Below are positions 19,023 through 27,092 of a stretch of 64,000 nucleotides of DNA, in pieces. Every line of letters begins with the position of its first letter. Position 1 is the stretch's first letter. Under the pieces are notes generated by a model. It had not been told where the DNA came from, searched no databases, and worked only from the letters and a program-made list of their open reading frames with translations. This stretch comes from Polyangiaceae bacterium (GTDB taxonomy: Bacteria; Myxococcota_A; Polyangia; Polyangiales; Polyangiaceae): assembly GCA_050287085.1 (NCBI GenBank), contig JBNKBE010000007.1, positions 32,001-96,000 of the forward strand, written 5' to 3'. Made by a program: the position numbers and the translations under genes.

Positions 19023-19038
19023 TGTTGCACGTGAAACG
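19023..19038. other. parS-like site in non-coding DNA
   Basis: TGTTGCACGTGAAACG, 14/16 to consensus and one mismatch from the reverse complement of the site at 17664. Confidence 0.65.
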
Positions 19039-19810
19039 TTCGTTGCCACGCACCGCCGCTGCCGCGCCGCCTTACCACGCCCCCCGGTGCCGCACCGGCT
19101 CCTGCCACGCACCGCGACGCTCTTCCCTCGCCGCCGGCCCCCTCAGCCGCTAGCCCGATCCGCGCTGATTGCGGCCGAAAACCGGCTCGGCGCGACGCGC
19201 CAAGCCATCGCGGCGGGGACCGCACATCCCCGCCCGCAGGCTGTGCGGAGCCTACCGCCCCAATCCGTGCCTCACTCACCCTAAGGCCCCAATAGCGCGG
19301 TGCCGTGCCTGCGAACGACGTCCGGCGAGCTTCGGACGTTGCTGCGAAGGCACACGCCCTCTCATGCGCCCGCAACGCCCCGTCCGCCGCGCCCACCTCG
19401 GCCTGATGCTCCCTAGCCGCCGAGGCGCCCAGCTCTCCACCACACCGGATGCTCCCCACCGCGCCGTGAGCCGCCGCCACTTAGGCGTCGCGCCGCCGCC
19501 CTGCCCCCCGGGAACACCTCACGTCCAGCGTCCGACCAGCTCCGACGCTGCCGCTATCATCGCCCAGGCGCCCCTTTCGCCTGCGAAGAACCTCAACGGC
19601 ACCCACCCCTCGGCTCCGACGGGACCCCACGCTCCAGGTGACGCCCTGCAGTCCTCCGAAAGCGCCGCCCAGGAGGCCGCGACCCATGGACCACGGCGCA
19701 GCTCTCGGCGCCCCAACCCCCGGGGGCTCGCGGTCAAGACGCGCAGCTTGCACGCCCCAATCCGCAGCCCGCTCCCCCTCCGGCGCCTCTGGAGTCCGCT
19801 AAACGCGCCA

Positions 19811-19885
19811 TAACTATGCATAATTATTGGCTCTTTCAAGACGGCCTAATAAGAACATCGCCGTCTATATCAAAGCTTGTCTTGA
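19811..19885. promoter_or_regulatory. AT-rich promoter/operator region with palindromes upstream of the TetR gene
   Basis: TAACTATGCATAATTA near-palindrome (19811-19826), plus inverted pairs AGACGGC/GCCGTCT and TCAAGAC/GTCTTGA. Confidence 0.5.
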
Positions 19886-19914
19886 GCCCCATAAAGACAC
19901 TAGCGTTCTGCACA

Positions 19915-20484
19915 ATGTATGCGCCGCGCAGAGGCACCTACGACCGCTCTGCCAGTGCCTCTGAGCGCGCCCGTCGCCAGCGCGAGTTGCTCCTGGCGCG
20001 CGGCGCCGAAGTTCTCGCCGCTCATCTCCCTGAGTCCTGCTCCGTAGCGGACGTCTTAGGCGCCACCGGCCTGGGTCGTGCAACCTTCTACGGACACTTT
20101 CCCGACGTCGGAGCCTGGCGCGACGCCGTCCTCGAGAACCTGCTCGCCGACCTAGCTGCTGCCTTGCAGCTGGGCGACGCCGACGTGACGCCGGTCGCCC
20201 GTCTCACCGCAGTGGCCACCGCCTGGCTCGGGTGGGCAGCGCGCCACGGCGACGCCTACCGCTGCCTGGCGGCCTGGCGTCGTGATGCGCTCGTCCACGC
20301 GGCGCGCCTCGCTCTCACCGACGCTCAAACGCTGGCGGCCGCTGCCGGCTTAAGCCCGGCAGAGGGGTCACCTTGGCGCCTCATTGCTGGCGCCGGGGTA
20401 CTGCTCGCGCTCGGTGACGCGGCGGCCGAGGCCCTTGCCCAGGGCCCGCACGCTCTTGACCCGCTGATCCGCGTCTTGTTCTAA
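19915..20484 (+). CDS. TetR/AcrR-family transcriptional regulator
   Basis: HTH SVADVLGATGLGRATFYGHF, followed by a helical C-terminal domain. Confidence 0.85.
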   Translation: MYAPRRGTYDRSASASERARRQRELLLARGAEVLAAHLPESCSVADVLGATGLGRATFYGHFPDVGAWRDAVLENLLADLAAALQLGDADVTPVARLTAVATAWLGWAARHGDAYRCLAAWRRDALVHAARLALTDAQTLAAAAGLSPAEGSPWRLIAGAGVLLALGDAAAEALAQGPHALDPLIRVLF

Positions 20485-20744
20485 GGGCGCGCGAGTAGGC
20501 CCGTTACCGTACGCCCACCGCTCCTCTTGCGCTGACGGGTGACCGCGTGGCCACGCTCCGCGCACTACTCAAGCCGCCGGGCAACACGCGCTGCTCAGCA
20601 CGCCCACCTCGCGGCGACCTCCACCCGCTCGGGACGGAGTCCCGGAGCCCGCACGCCTTACGTCGCTCCAACGGCACCACGGCAAGCGTAGAGGGCGTCG
20701 TTCCCACCCATCTCGCCTCCTGTCCGAACACCGTGAACTGAAAC

Positions 20745-21485
20745 CTACGGTGCGTAACGACACACGTCTAATGCGGCAGCGCAGAAGCGGCAATCCACCG
20801 CGCTGTCCTGTCCGAGCTGACACGGCGCGTCCTCTTGGAAGGCACCACCGACGTCACTGCATACGGGTCCTTCGGGACTGTCGTCGATCGCGTCGAGCGG
20901 AAAGACGATCGAGCAGCCATAACAGACGTCAATCGCAAACGAGAACTCGGACGAAGTCACCGGCACGCCGCCGAGGGTCGTGCCGAATACCCGGCTGTAG
21001 GCGACCAAGGTCGCCGAGCCGTCTTTGGTCACTGCGTCGAGCACCCGGGTCGACGTCCCGACGCGGTCGGGGACCAGCGTAACGTGTGCAGCCCCGTACC
21101 CGGGCTGCGGTCCGCTCGCCGGCTTCACGAATCCGCCGAACTCGACGCTGAACTCGTCGACGACGCGGCCATCCAAGGTGACACGCACCTCGGCGCCCTC
21201 AAGGTTGATGCTCTGCGTCTCGGTTCGGAGCTGCGCCTTGTTGCCGCGTGGGGTGAGCTGGTTGCCCACCAAAAGCGTCGCGTCGTAGCGCGTGCGAAAG
21301 GCCAAGTCCAAGGACCCTCGGAGAAGTCGCAACGCGTCCCCGCTGGGAGTGACCGTACAATCACTAGACGACGGCACAAGAACACCTTCGAGCGTCACGC
21401 TGCTCTCGTTCTCGGCGCAGGCGGCCAGAGAAATGGCGGCGGCGGCCACGCATAAGGGGCGAAAGATCGGGGCGGTCTTGACCAT
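20745..21485 (-). CDS. Cys-rich lipoprotein
   Basis: Lipobox LAAC, beta-rich body, C-terminal cysteines (CYGC, C, C, CRFC, C). Confidence 0.8.
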   Translation of the reverse strand: MVKTAPIFRPLCVAAAAISLAACAENESSVTLEGVLVPSSSDCTVTPSGDALRLLRGSLDLAFRTRYDATLLVGNQLTPRGNKAQLRTETQSINLEGAEVRVTLDGRVVDEFSVEFGGFVKPASGPQPGYGAAHVTLVPDRVGTSTRVLDAVTKDGSATLVAYSRVFGTTLGGVPVTSSEFSFAIDVCYGCSIVFPLDAIDDSPEGPVCSDVGGAFQEDAPCQLGQDSAVDCRFCAAALDVCRYAP

Positions 21486-21587
21486 GACACCCAATTCTAC
21501 GCCCGAACTGCTGGGGCAGCCAAAAGATGCGCGAATCCTTTGGCCTGCGGCTCCGCCGCCGCGCCAAAAGCCCTCAAATTGCGCCTA

Positions 21588-23159
21588 CTATCGGCCCAAG
21601 GTACGCATGTGCTCCATGAGCTCTGCAAGGGCCAAGCCCCGGAACTCGACCCGTCCAGGCTCCGGGCAGAGCACAAAGCGCACGCTATCGCCCCCGCGCT
21701 TCTTGTCATTGACTAGCAGCTTTGCCGCATCCTCCATGGGTTGGGCGGACAAGTCGGTTGGGAGCCCGACCGCAGCCAGCAACCGTGTCGCTCGCGCCCC
21801 CAAGGACTCGTCGGTCAATCCGAGCCTTGCCCCCAGCTTCAACGCGGCGACCAAGCCCAACGAAACCGCCTCCCCGTGCATCAGCCCGCCATAGCCCCCG
21901 TACGCCTCGAGAGCGTGCCCGATGGTGTGCCCGAGATTCAGGGCGGCACGCAGCCCGCCTTCCCGCGGGTCGCGGGAAACGATCCGCGCCTTGGTGGCGA
22001 CGCAGCGCCTCACGATTTCCAGAACGATCTCCGGATCCCGAGCGGAGACGGCGCGTATTTCGCGCTCCAGCAGGTCGAAGAGCACGGCATCCCCTAACAA
22101 GGCAGTCTTGACCGCCTCCGCCATGCCCGACCCGAAGCGCCGCGTCTCCTCGGTCGCCAGATACTCGACGTCGCAGAAGACGCGCTGGGGTTGCCAGAAC
22201 GCGCCCACGCAATTCTTTGCCCCCGGCAGATCCACCGCGGTCTTGCCCCCCACGGACGCGTCCACCATACCGAGCAACGTCGTTGAAACGCTCAGCCACG
22301 GCACGCCCCGCATCCAGGTCGCCGCCAGGAAGCCCGCGGTGTCGGTCACTACGCCGCCCCCGAACCCCACCACCTGGGTCGTCCTGTCGGCCCCCTTCGA
22401 CAGCGCAAAGTCCCACAGCTCCGCCAACGTGGCCGGTGTCTTGTGCTCCTCGCCGGGGGTCAGCACAAACTCAGCGCACGTGTCGCCGAGCGCCCCGAGC
22501 AGCGGCTGCCCGTGGATGGCCCGGACCGTGGAGTCTGTAACCAACAACGTCTTCGAGCTCCCCTCGGCGCAGACCTGAACCCGCGTCGGGGCCATAGCGC
22601 GGCCAACTTCTACGCTATAGGAATCCTCGCCTGCCAACACCCCCACCGGATCGCGCTCCCAGATCTCGAGCACGTCCGCCACGACGGCAGCCAGCTCACG
22701 CCCCTCGGTCTCAACCTGATCGTGGGCCTCCACGTAGCTGGCGCGCCGCGTTTCAAGCAGTCGCTCAATCCAGGCAAGCGACGCTCCCTTAACCAGGGGC
22801 CGGGTGTCGCCGTCGCGCTGCGTGCGCCGCTGCGCCTCTTCCGCGCCGACGCGGAGGTGCAACAAGATCGCCCGATCCGCCACCTCCAGTCGCGCGCTGC
22901 GCTCGAGAAGCGCGCCGCCGCCTACCGCCACCACGACCGGCCCCTCCAAGGAGAGCACAGAACTCAGCTCCCGACGCTCCAACTCCCGGAACCTCGCCTC
23001 GCCTTCCTGGGCAAAAAGCGCGGGTATCGATTTGGCGACCACCGACTCGATGCGCCGATCCAGGTCGATAAACGGAACTCCGACGCGACGAGCCACCTCG
23101 GCTCCCACAGATGACTTCCCACAACCCATGAACCCGTTTAGAACAAGCGAACGCCGCAT
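21588..23159 (-). CDS. aroB: Bifunctional shikimate kinase / 3-dehydroquinate synthase (AroK-AroB fusion)
   Basis: GFMGCGKS and GE..FR..E for AroK. GGGVVTD, TTLL..VDASVGGKT, LNLGHTIGHA and HGEAV for AroB. Confidence 0.96.
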   Translation of the reverse strand: MRRSLVLNGFMGCGKSSVGAEVARRVGVPFIDLDRRIESVVAKSIPALFAQEGEARFRELERRELSSVLSLEGPVVVAVGGGALLERSARLEVADRAILLHLRVGAEEAQRRTQRDGDTRPLVKGASLAWIERLLETRRASYVEAHDQVETEGRELAAVVADVLEIWERDPVGVLAGEDSYSVEVGRAMAPTRVQVCAEGSSKTLLVTDSTVRAIHGQPLLGALGDTCAEFVLTPGEEHKTPATLAELWDFALSKGADRTTQVVGFGGGVVTDTAGFLAATWMRGVPWLSVSTTLLGMVDASVGGKTAVDLPGAKNCVGAFWQPQRVFCDVEYLATEETRRFGSGMAEAVKTALLGDAVLFDLLEREIRAVSARDPEIVLEIVRRCVATKARIVSRDPREGGLRAALNLGHTIGHALEAYGGYGGLMHGEAVSLGLVAALKLGARLGLTDESLGARATRLLAAVGLPTDLSAQPMEDAAKLLVNDKKRGGDSVRFVLCPEPGRVEFRGLALAELMEHMRTLGR

Positions 23160-23189
23160 CCGCTCGCTCTTATGCTAGGAGCGCCCGTC

Positions 23190-23981
23190 GTGCAAATGGA
23201 CTTCGCGAAGTATCAGGGTCTCGGAAATGACTTCGTCATCGCCGAGGGGAACGTGCAGAACCTGCCTGCAGCGGAGCAGGTTCGTGCTCTATGCGACCGC
23301 AGGCACGGGATCGGCGGCGATGGTCTGCTTTGGATCACCCCCAGCGCGGCGGCCGAGGCGCGTATGATAGTCATCAACGCCGACGGCAGTCGCCCCGAGA
23401 TGTGCGGCAATGGCCTGCGCTGCGTCGCGCGCTATCTCGCAGACACGCGCGGCACCGGCGGAAGGTTTCAGGTGGAAACCGACGCCGGCGTCCTGAGCTG
23501 CGAACTCTTTCCCCGAGGAGAAGCCACTTGGGTGCGGCTGGGCCTGGGCCAAGCCATCCTTCTGCCCACGATCACTCCCACCTGGGAGGGTCAGACGCTC
23601 CGCTTTCGCCGGGTGAGCACGGGCAATCCACACGCCATCTTATTCGACGCCGACTTCACAGACGCCGCTATCGATCAGATCGGCCCGTGGTTGTCGGCGC
23701 AGATCCCTGGCGGCGCTAACGTTGAGTTCGTGAGCCAAGTGGCACCCGAGCACCTGGCCGTGGTCGTTTGGGAACGGGGCGTTGGGCGTACCCTGGCCTG
23801 TGGCACCGGGGCGGCCGCGGTTGTGGCTGCTGCCGCTGCCGAAGGGCGCGTCCGCTTCGACAACTCCGTCCTGGTATCGCTGCCCGGCGGCGACCTTGAG
23901 GTGTCCGTTCGCAAAGCGGACCACACCCTCACCCTCGCCGGACCCGCCGAGCGCGCCTTCGGCGGCTCTGTGGATCTCTGA
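23190..23981 (+). CDS. dapF: Diaminopimelate epimerase
   Basis: KYQGLGNDF, EMCGNGLRC, GNPH, WERGVGRTLACGTG. Confidence 0.96.
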   Translation: MQMDFAKYQGLGNDFVIAEGNVQNLPAAEQVRALCDRRHGIGGDGLLWITPSAAAEARMIVINADGSRPEMCGNGLRCVARYLADTRGTGGRFQVETDAGVLSCELFPRGEATWVRLGLGQAILLPTITPTWEGQTLRFRRVSTGNPHAILFDADFTDAAIDQIGPWLSAQIPGGANVEFVSQVAPEHLAVVVWERGVGRTLACGTGAAAVVAAAAAEGRVRFDNSVLVSLPGGDLEVSVRKADHTLTLAGPAERAFGGSVDL

Positions 23982-24128
23982 TCGAGGGCGGCCCGCCACA
24001 GCGCACCGCCACGCGGGACGCTTCGCGTCCGCGCGGCGGGACAACAGGAGATCGGGCGCGCTGGACAACAAAGTGGCGTGTTCTGCCGAAAACTCGGGCC
24101 GCGCGACGGGCTGTGATAACCGGAGGCC

Positions 24129-27092
24129 ATGGAAGCTGCGCCCTCGAGTCCCCTGGTGGCCGCCCAAGGTCGATTCCTCGATTCTCTTGAGCCGCGTATG
24201 GCGGCGCTCACAACCGAGCTCGAGACCCTCACCGCCAGCGCCGATCCGGAGGTCGCCAAGGGCCGGCTCCGACGCCGCCTGGAGGCCATGTCCGAAACGG
24301 CCCGCGCCCTGGATCTCGACGCGGTAGCAAGCGCCTTCGCGAGCGCGGAACTGGTGTTGGCCCAGAGCGTAGACTGCCCGACGCAAGATGAGGTGCACTC
24401 GGTCGCTGCCATCCTCAAACTGGTACCGAGCCTTTGCCCTCCGCCCGTCGCGCCTGGCCCCACCCCCACCCCGCCCCTCGCCTCAGAAGATCCAGCGAAA
24501 CTCTTCGAACGCGCGTGGGCAGAGGCTTCGAACCACACGCCGACGGCCGCCTTGGCGCCCCCGACTGTACACACGCCGGCGCCGAGCAACGCCCGGCCAG
24601 CGCCCGCTCCCTCGCTCGCCGCGCCGGAGGACTCAAGAGCGGCAAACACACCCGCAGCCGTCGACCCGATCGCGCGAGCCCAGCTCAACTCCCCGGACGC
24701 GCCGGCGCTCCGCGCGCCCGAGCCCAAGTCCAGCCGCGTCTCAGACCTTGGCGGTGAAAGAACTGACTCGCTCGCGCAGGGGCGTCAGCGGCGCGCCGGG
24801 GCCACCGGGACCTCGCTCGCGGAGAGGCGCATCGTAGTTGCGCTGAAGAGCCCTGACTCGGCGGTCCGATCCCTGGAAGCCGCGGGCGCGTCGGTGACTT
24901 CGACCGCGACGCGGGGCGCGCTCGAGGCAGCGCTCTACGACGTCGGCGCGCCCCCGGACGCGCTGCTACTCCAGCTCCGCATCGACGACGTCGACGGCTT
25001 TGCACTGGCGCGCAAACTGAGCGGCGATCTTCTTCTCCGCGACGTTCCCGTTCTGCTCGTCGACGACGACGAGCAAGCCCTCAAGCGAGCGGACGAGCTC
25101 GGCGCGGGCGCGGCCGCCTACGTTCCCACAGCGGCCTTGGACAGCGCAGCGAGCTTTGCAAGCGATGCACTACACGGACGCATGGGCCTAGCCGCGCGTC
25201 TGGCGCGGCAGGAAGTCGTGATGGGACGGCTGGACGGGCTGACCGCAGCGCTCCTCGTCCGCTTGGCGATGGAGCACGCGCGGGCCACCCGGATCACGGT
25301 TCGCGATGCGGCCTTCGAACATGAGCTGGTGACCCGCGGCGACGAGGTGATCAGCGCCACGCGACACTACCGCGGCGGCGCGTCGGTTACCGATCCAAGG
25401 TCGGTCCTGAGAACATTGATCGGCACCCGCGCCGGTAGCTTCTGCGTCGAGCGGGTCGAACCCGACTCCGCGACGGGCGAGCCCTATGCCGCGCTGCTCA
25501 CACCCTTGGTGGAGCGCGCGCGCGAGCTGGCGCAGCGCGTAGCCGAAGGCGCCCTGGCCAAGACGGACGCGGTCGACATCGACTGGGACGTCGCGGAGCC
25601 CTATCTGGCGACATCACCCCAGTCCGTGACGCGCCTCGCAAACGGCCTGGCCGCGGGTCGCGCGCCGCGTGAGCTCCTCGCCCAGGGCGATGCCGCCTTG
25701 CTCGAATCTCTGCTCCTAGACTTGATCGGCCGCGGTGCGGTCCTCGCGCTCGGCTCCGGCGCCGAGACCCGACGTCAGCCCTTTCAGCTCGGCCATCGGG
25801 GGCCGCGAGACCGGCCGAGCCGCGCTGTCGCGCCGGCCCCGCATGTTCAGCCCGCCGCGAGCAGCACAACACCTGCAGCATCGCCCCAGCTTGCCCCCGC
25901 GTCTGCCGCCGCACCTGCTACCGCCCGCGTCGCCGCACCTGCTGCGGCTGCGCCGTGGTGGGACGTGGACCAAAGCACAGATCTCTCGCTGCTCATTCAG
26001 CGCCGACTCGAGCACTCTCCGGTCGCTGCAGCGCCCGTGCTGGACAACGAGGCAGCCGCCGCGCCCCGCCGCTCCAAGGGCTCTCGCGGGGCTCGCGATG
26101 GGGTCCCTAGCCCCGCCATCCGGAAGCGCACCAGCCGCCCGGCGCCGCCCAGCGGGCACGCCGCTGCAGCCCCCGATCCCGATCTGGCCAGCGATGCCGC
26201 TCTTGGCGCGCGCGGGGAGGGAAGCGGGCCGAGCCGAGCCCTGGGCTGGTTCAAGGGGCGCCGCGACCAACTACGAGGAGTTCTGGACCGGCATCGCTCA
26301 GCCTATCTGGCCGCTCACCCAGCCCACGCGCCGCGCGATTCGAGTCCAGCTCCGGAAACCTCCGAACCTACCGCCGACGCCGACGCTGCGATCGCCACCA
26401 CCGACTCGCCAAACGCCGATGCGGACGCTGCCCGAAGCGACTCCGCGGCCACAAGCCCCGAGCTCATGGCCGGCAGCGCCGTTCCCGAATTCCACGACAC
26501 GCTACCGCACTGCCAGCCCGCACCCGGACCCACGCGAAGACGACCAGCACGCGACCTGCTGGCCAGCGCGCGCCACAAGCTGCCGCGAATCATCGCGCCG
26601 GCGCTCGTTCTTGGCGTCACGGCGTTTGGCGCTCATTGGACCATCTCCCGGCTCACGCAGAAGGTCGAACTCGTAACCGCCGAGCTCGAGCCCGCCCTCG
26701 ACCCCGCCCTCGAGCCGAGCCCAGCGCTGGCAACGTCTGGCGCCGCCGCCCCTCCCCAGCAGTCCAAGAACTCGCTGCTGGAACGCCCGGGCTCAAGCCC
26801 CAAAGCCGAAGCGGGGGAAAGTCAGCTCGACCTTCATCCGATAGCCATGGATTTGCCGCCCGGAGTCATGGTGGACGAGGGAAAGGGCCTGCTGGAGATA
26901 AACACCGGCGACACGCATCGAATCGAAATCGACGGGACCTTCATCGGTCGCGGACCCATCCGGCGCGTGCCGCTCACGCCCGGAAAGCACGCGGTGGCGC
27001 TTCGCTCCAGCACCAAGACGACCAGACTCGAGGTCGAGATAACGGCCGGCAAGCGCACTCGCTTGCAACCCCTGGCCCAAGCCGCTAAGTGA
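24129..27092 (+). CDS. Large multidomain membrane protein: Hpt-like bundle, degenerate receiver, DUF4388-like domain, TM helix, PEGA-like C-terminus
   Basis: PDALLLQL..VDGFALAR..DVPVLLV receiver-like segment, GRLDG..LVRL, one TM helix, and IEIDGTFIGRGP..LTPGKHAV. Confidence 0.75.
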   Translation: MEAAPSSPLVAAQGRFLDSLEPRMAALTTELETLTASADPEVAKGRLRRRLEAMSETARALDLDAVASAFASAELVLAQSVDCPTQDEVHSVAAILKLVPSLCPPPVAPGPTPTPPLASEDPAKLFERAWAEASNHTPTAALAPPTVHTPAPSNARPAPAPSLAAPEDSRAANTPAAVDPIARAQLNSPDAPALRAPEPKSSRVSDLGGERTDSLAQGRQRRAGATGTSLAERRIVVALKSPDSAVRSLEAAGASVTSTATRGALEAALYDVGAPPDALLLQLRIDDVDGFALARKLSGDLLLRDVPVLLVDDDEQALKRADELGAGAAAYVPTAALDSAASFASDALHGRMGLAARLARQEVVMGRLDGLTAALLVRLAMEHARATRITVRDAAFEHELVTRGDEVISATRHYRGGASVTDPRSVLRTLIGTRAGSFCVERVEPDSATGEPYAALLTPLVERARELAQRVAEGALAKTDAVDIDWDVAEPYLATSPQSVTRLANGLAAGRAPRELLAQGDAALLESLLLDLIGRGAVLALGSGAETRRQPFQLGHRGPRDRPSRAVAPAPHVQPAASSTTPAASPQLAPASAAAPATARVAAPAAAAPWWDVDQSTDLSLLIQRRLEHSPVAAAPVLDNEAAAAPRRSKGSRGARDGVPSPAIRKRTSRPAPPSGHAAAAPDPDLASDAALGARGEGSGPSRALGWFKGRRDQLRGVLDRHRSAYLAAHPAHAPRDSSPAPETSEPTADADAAIATTDSPNADADAARSDSAATSPELMAGSAVPEFHDTLPHCQPAPGPTRRRPARDLLASARHKLPRIIAPALVLGVTAFGAHWTISRLTQKVELVTAELEPALDPALEPSPALATSGAAAPPQQSKNSLLERPGSSPKAEAGESQLDLHPIAMDLPPGVMVDEGKGLLEINTGDTHRIEIDGTFIGRGPIRRVPLTPGKHAVALRSSTKTTRLEVEITAGKRTRLQPLAQAAK

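Noticed and set aside
19803..19830. dif (XerCD) site
   Set aside because: Superficial CATAA similarity only. No TTATGTTAAAT-like XerD arm on either strand
17916..19839. ORFs of 100-240 aa in the repeat tract
   Set aside because: Arg/Pro/Ala-rich, overlapping in all frames and crossing repeats whose lengths are not multiples of three
19801..19915. oriC
   Set aside because: No cluster of TTATCCACA DnaA boxes (best seen has two mismatches) and no dnaA in the window
21588..23159. AroK-AroB fusion as a novelty
   Set aside because: A known fusion in several bacterial groups
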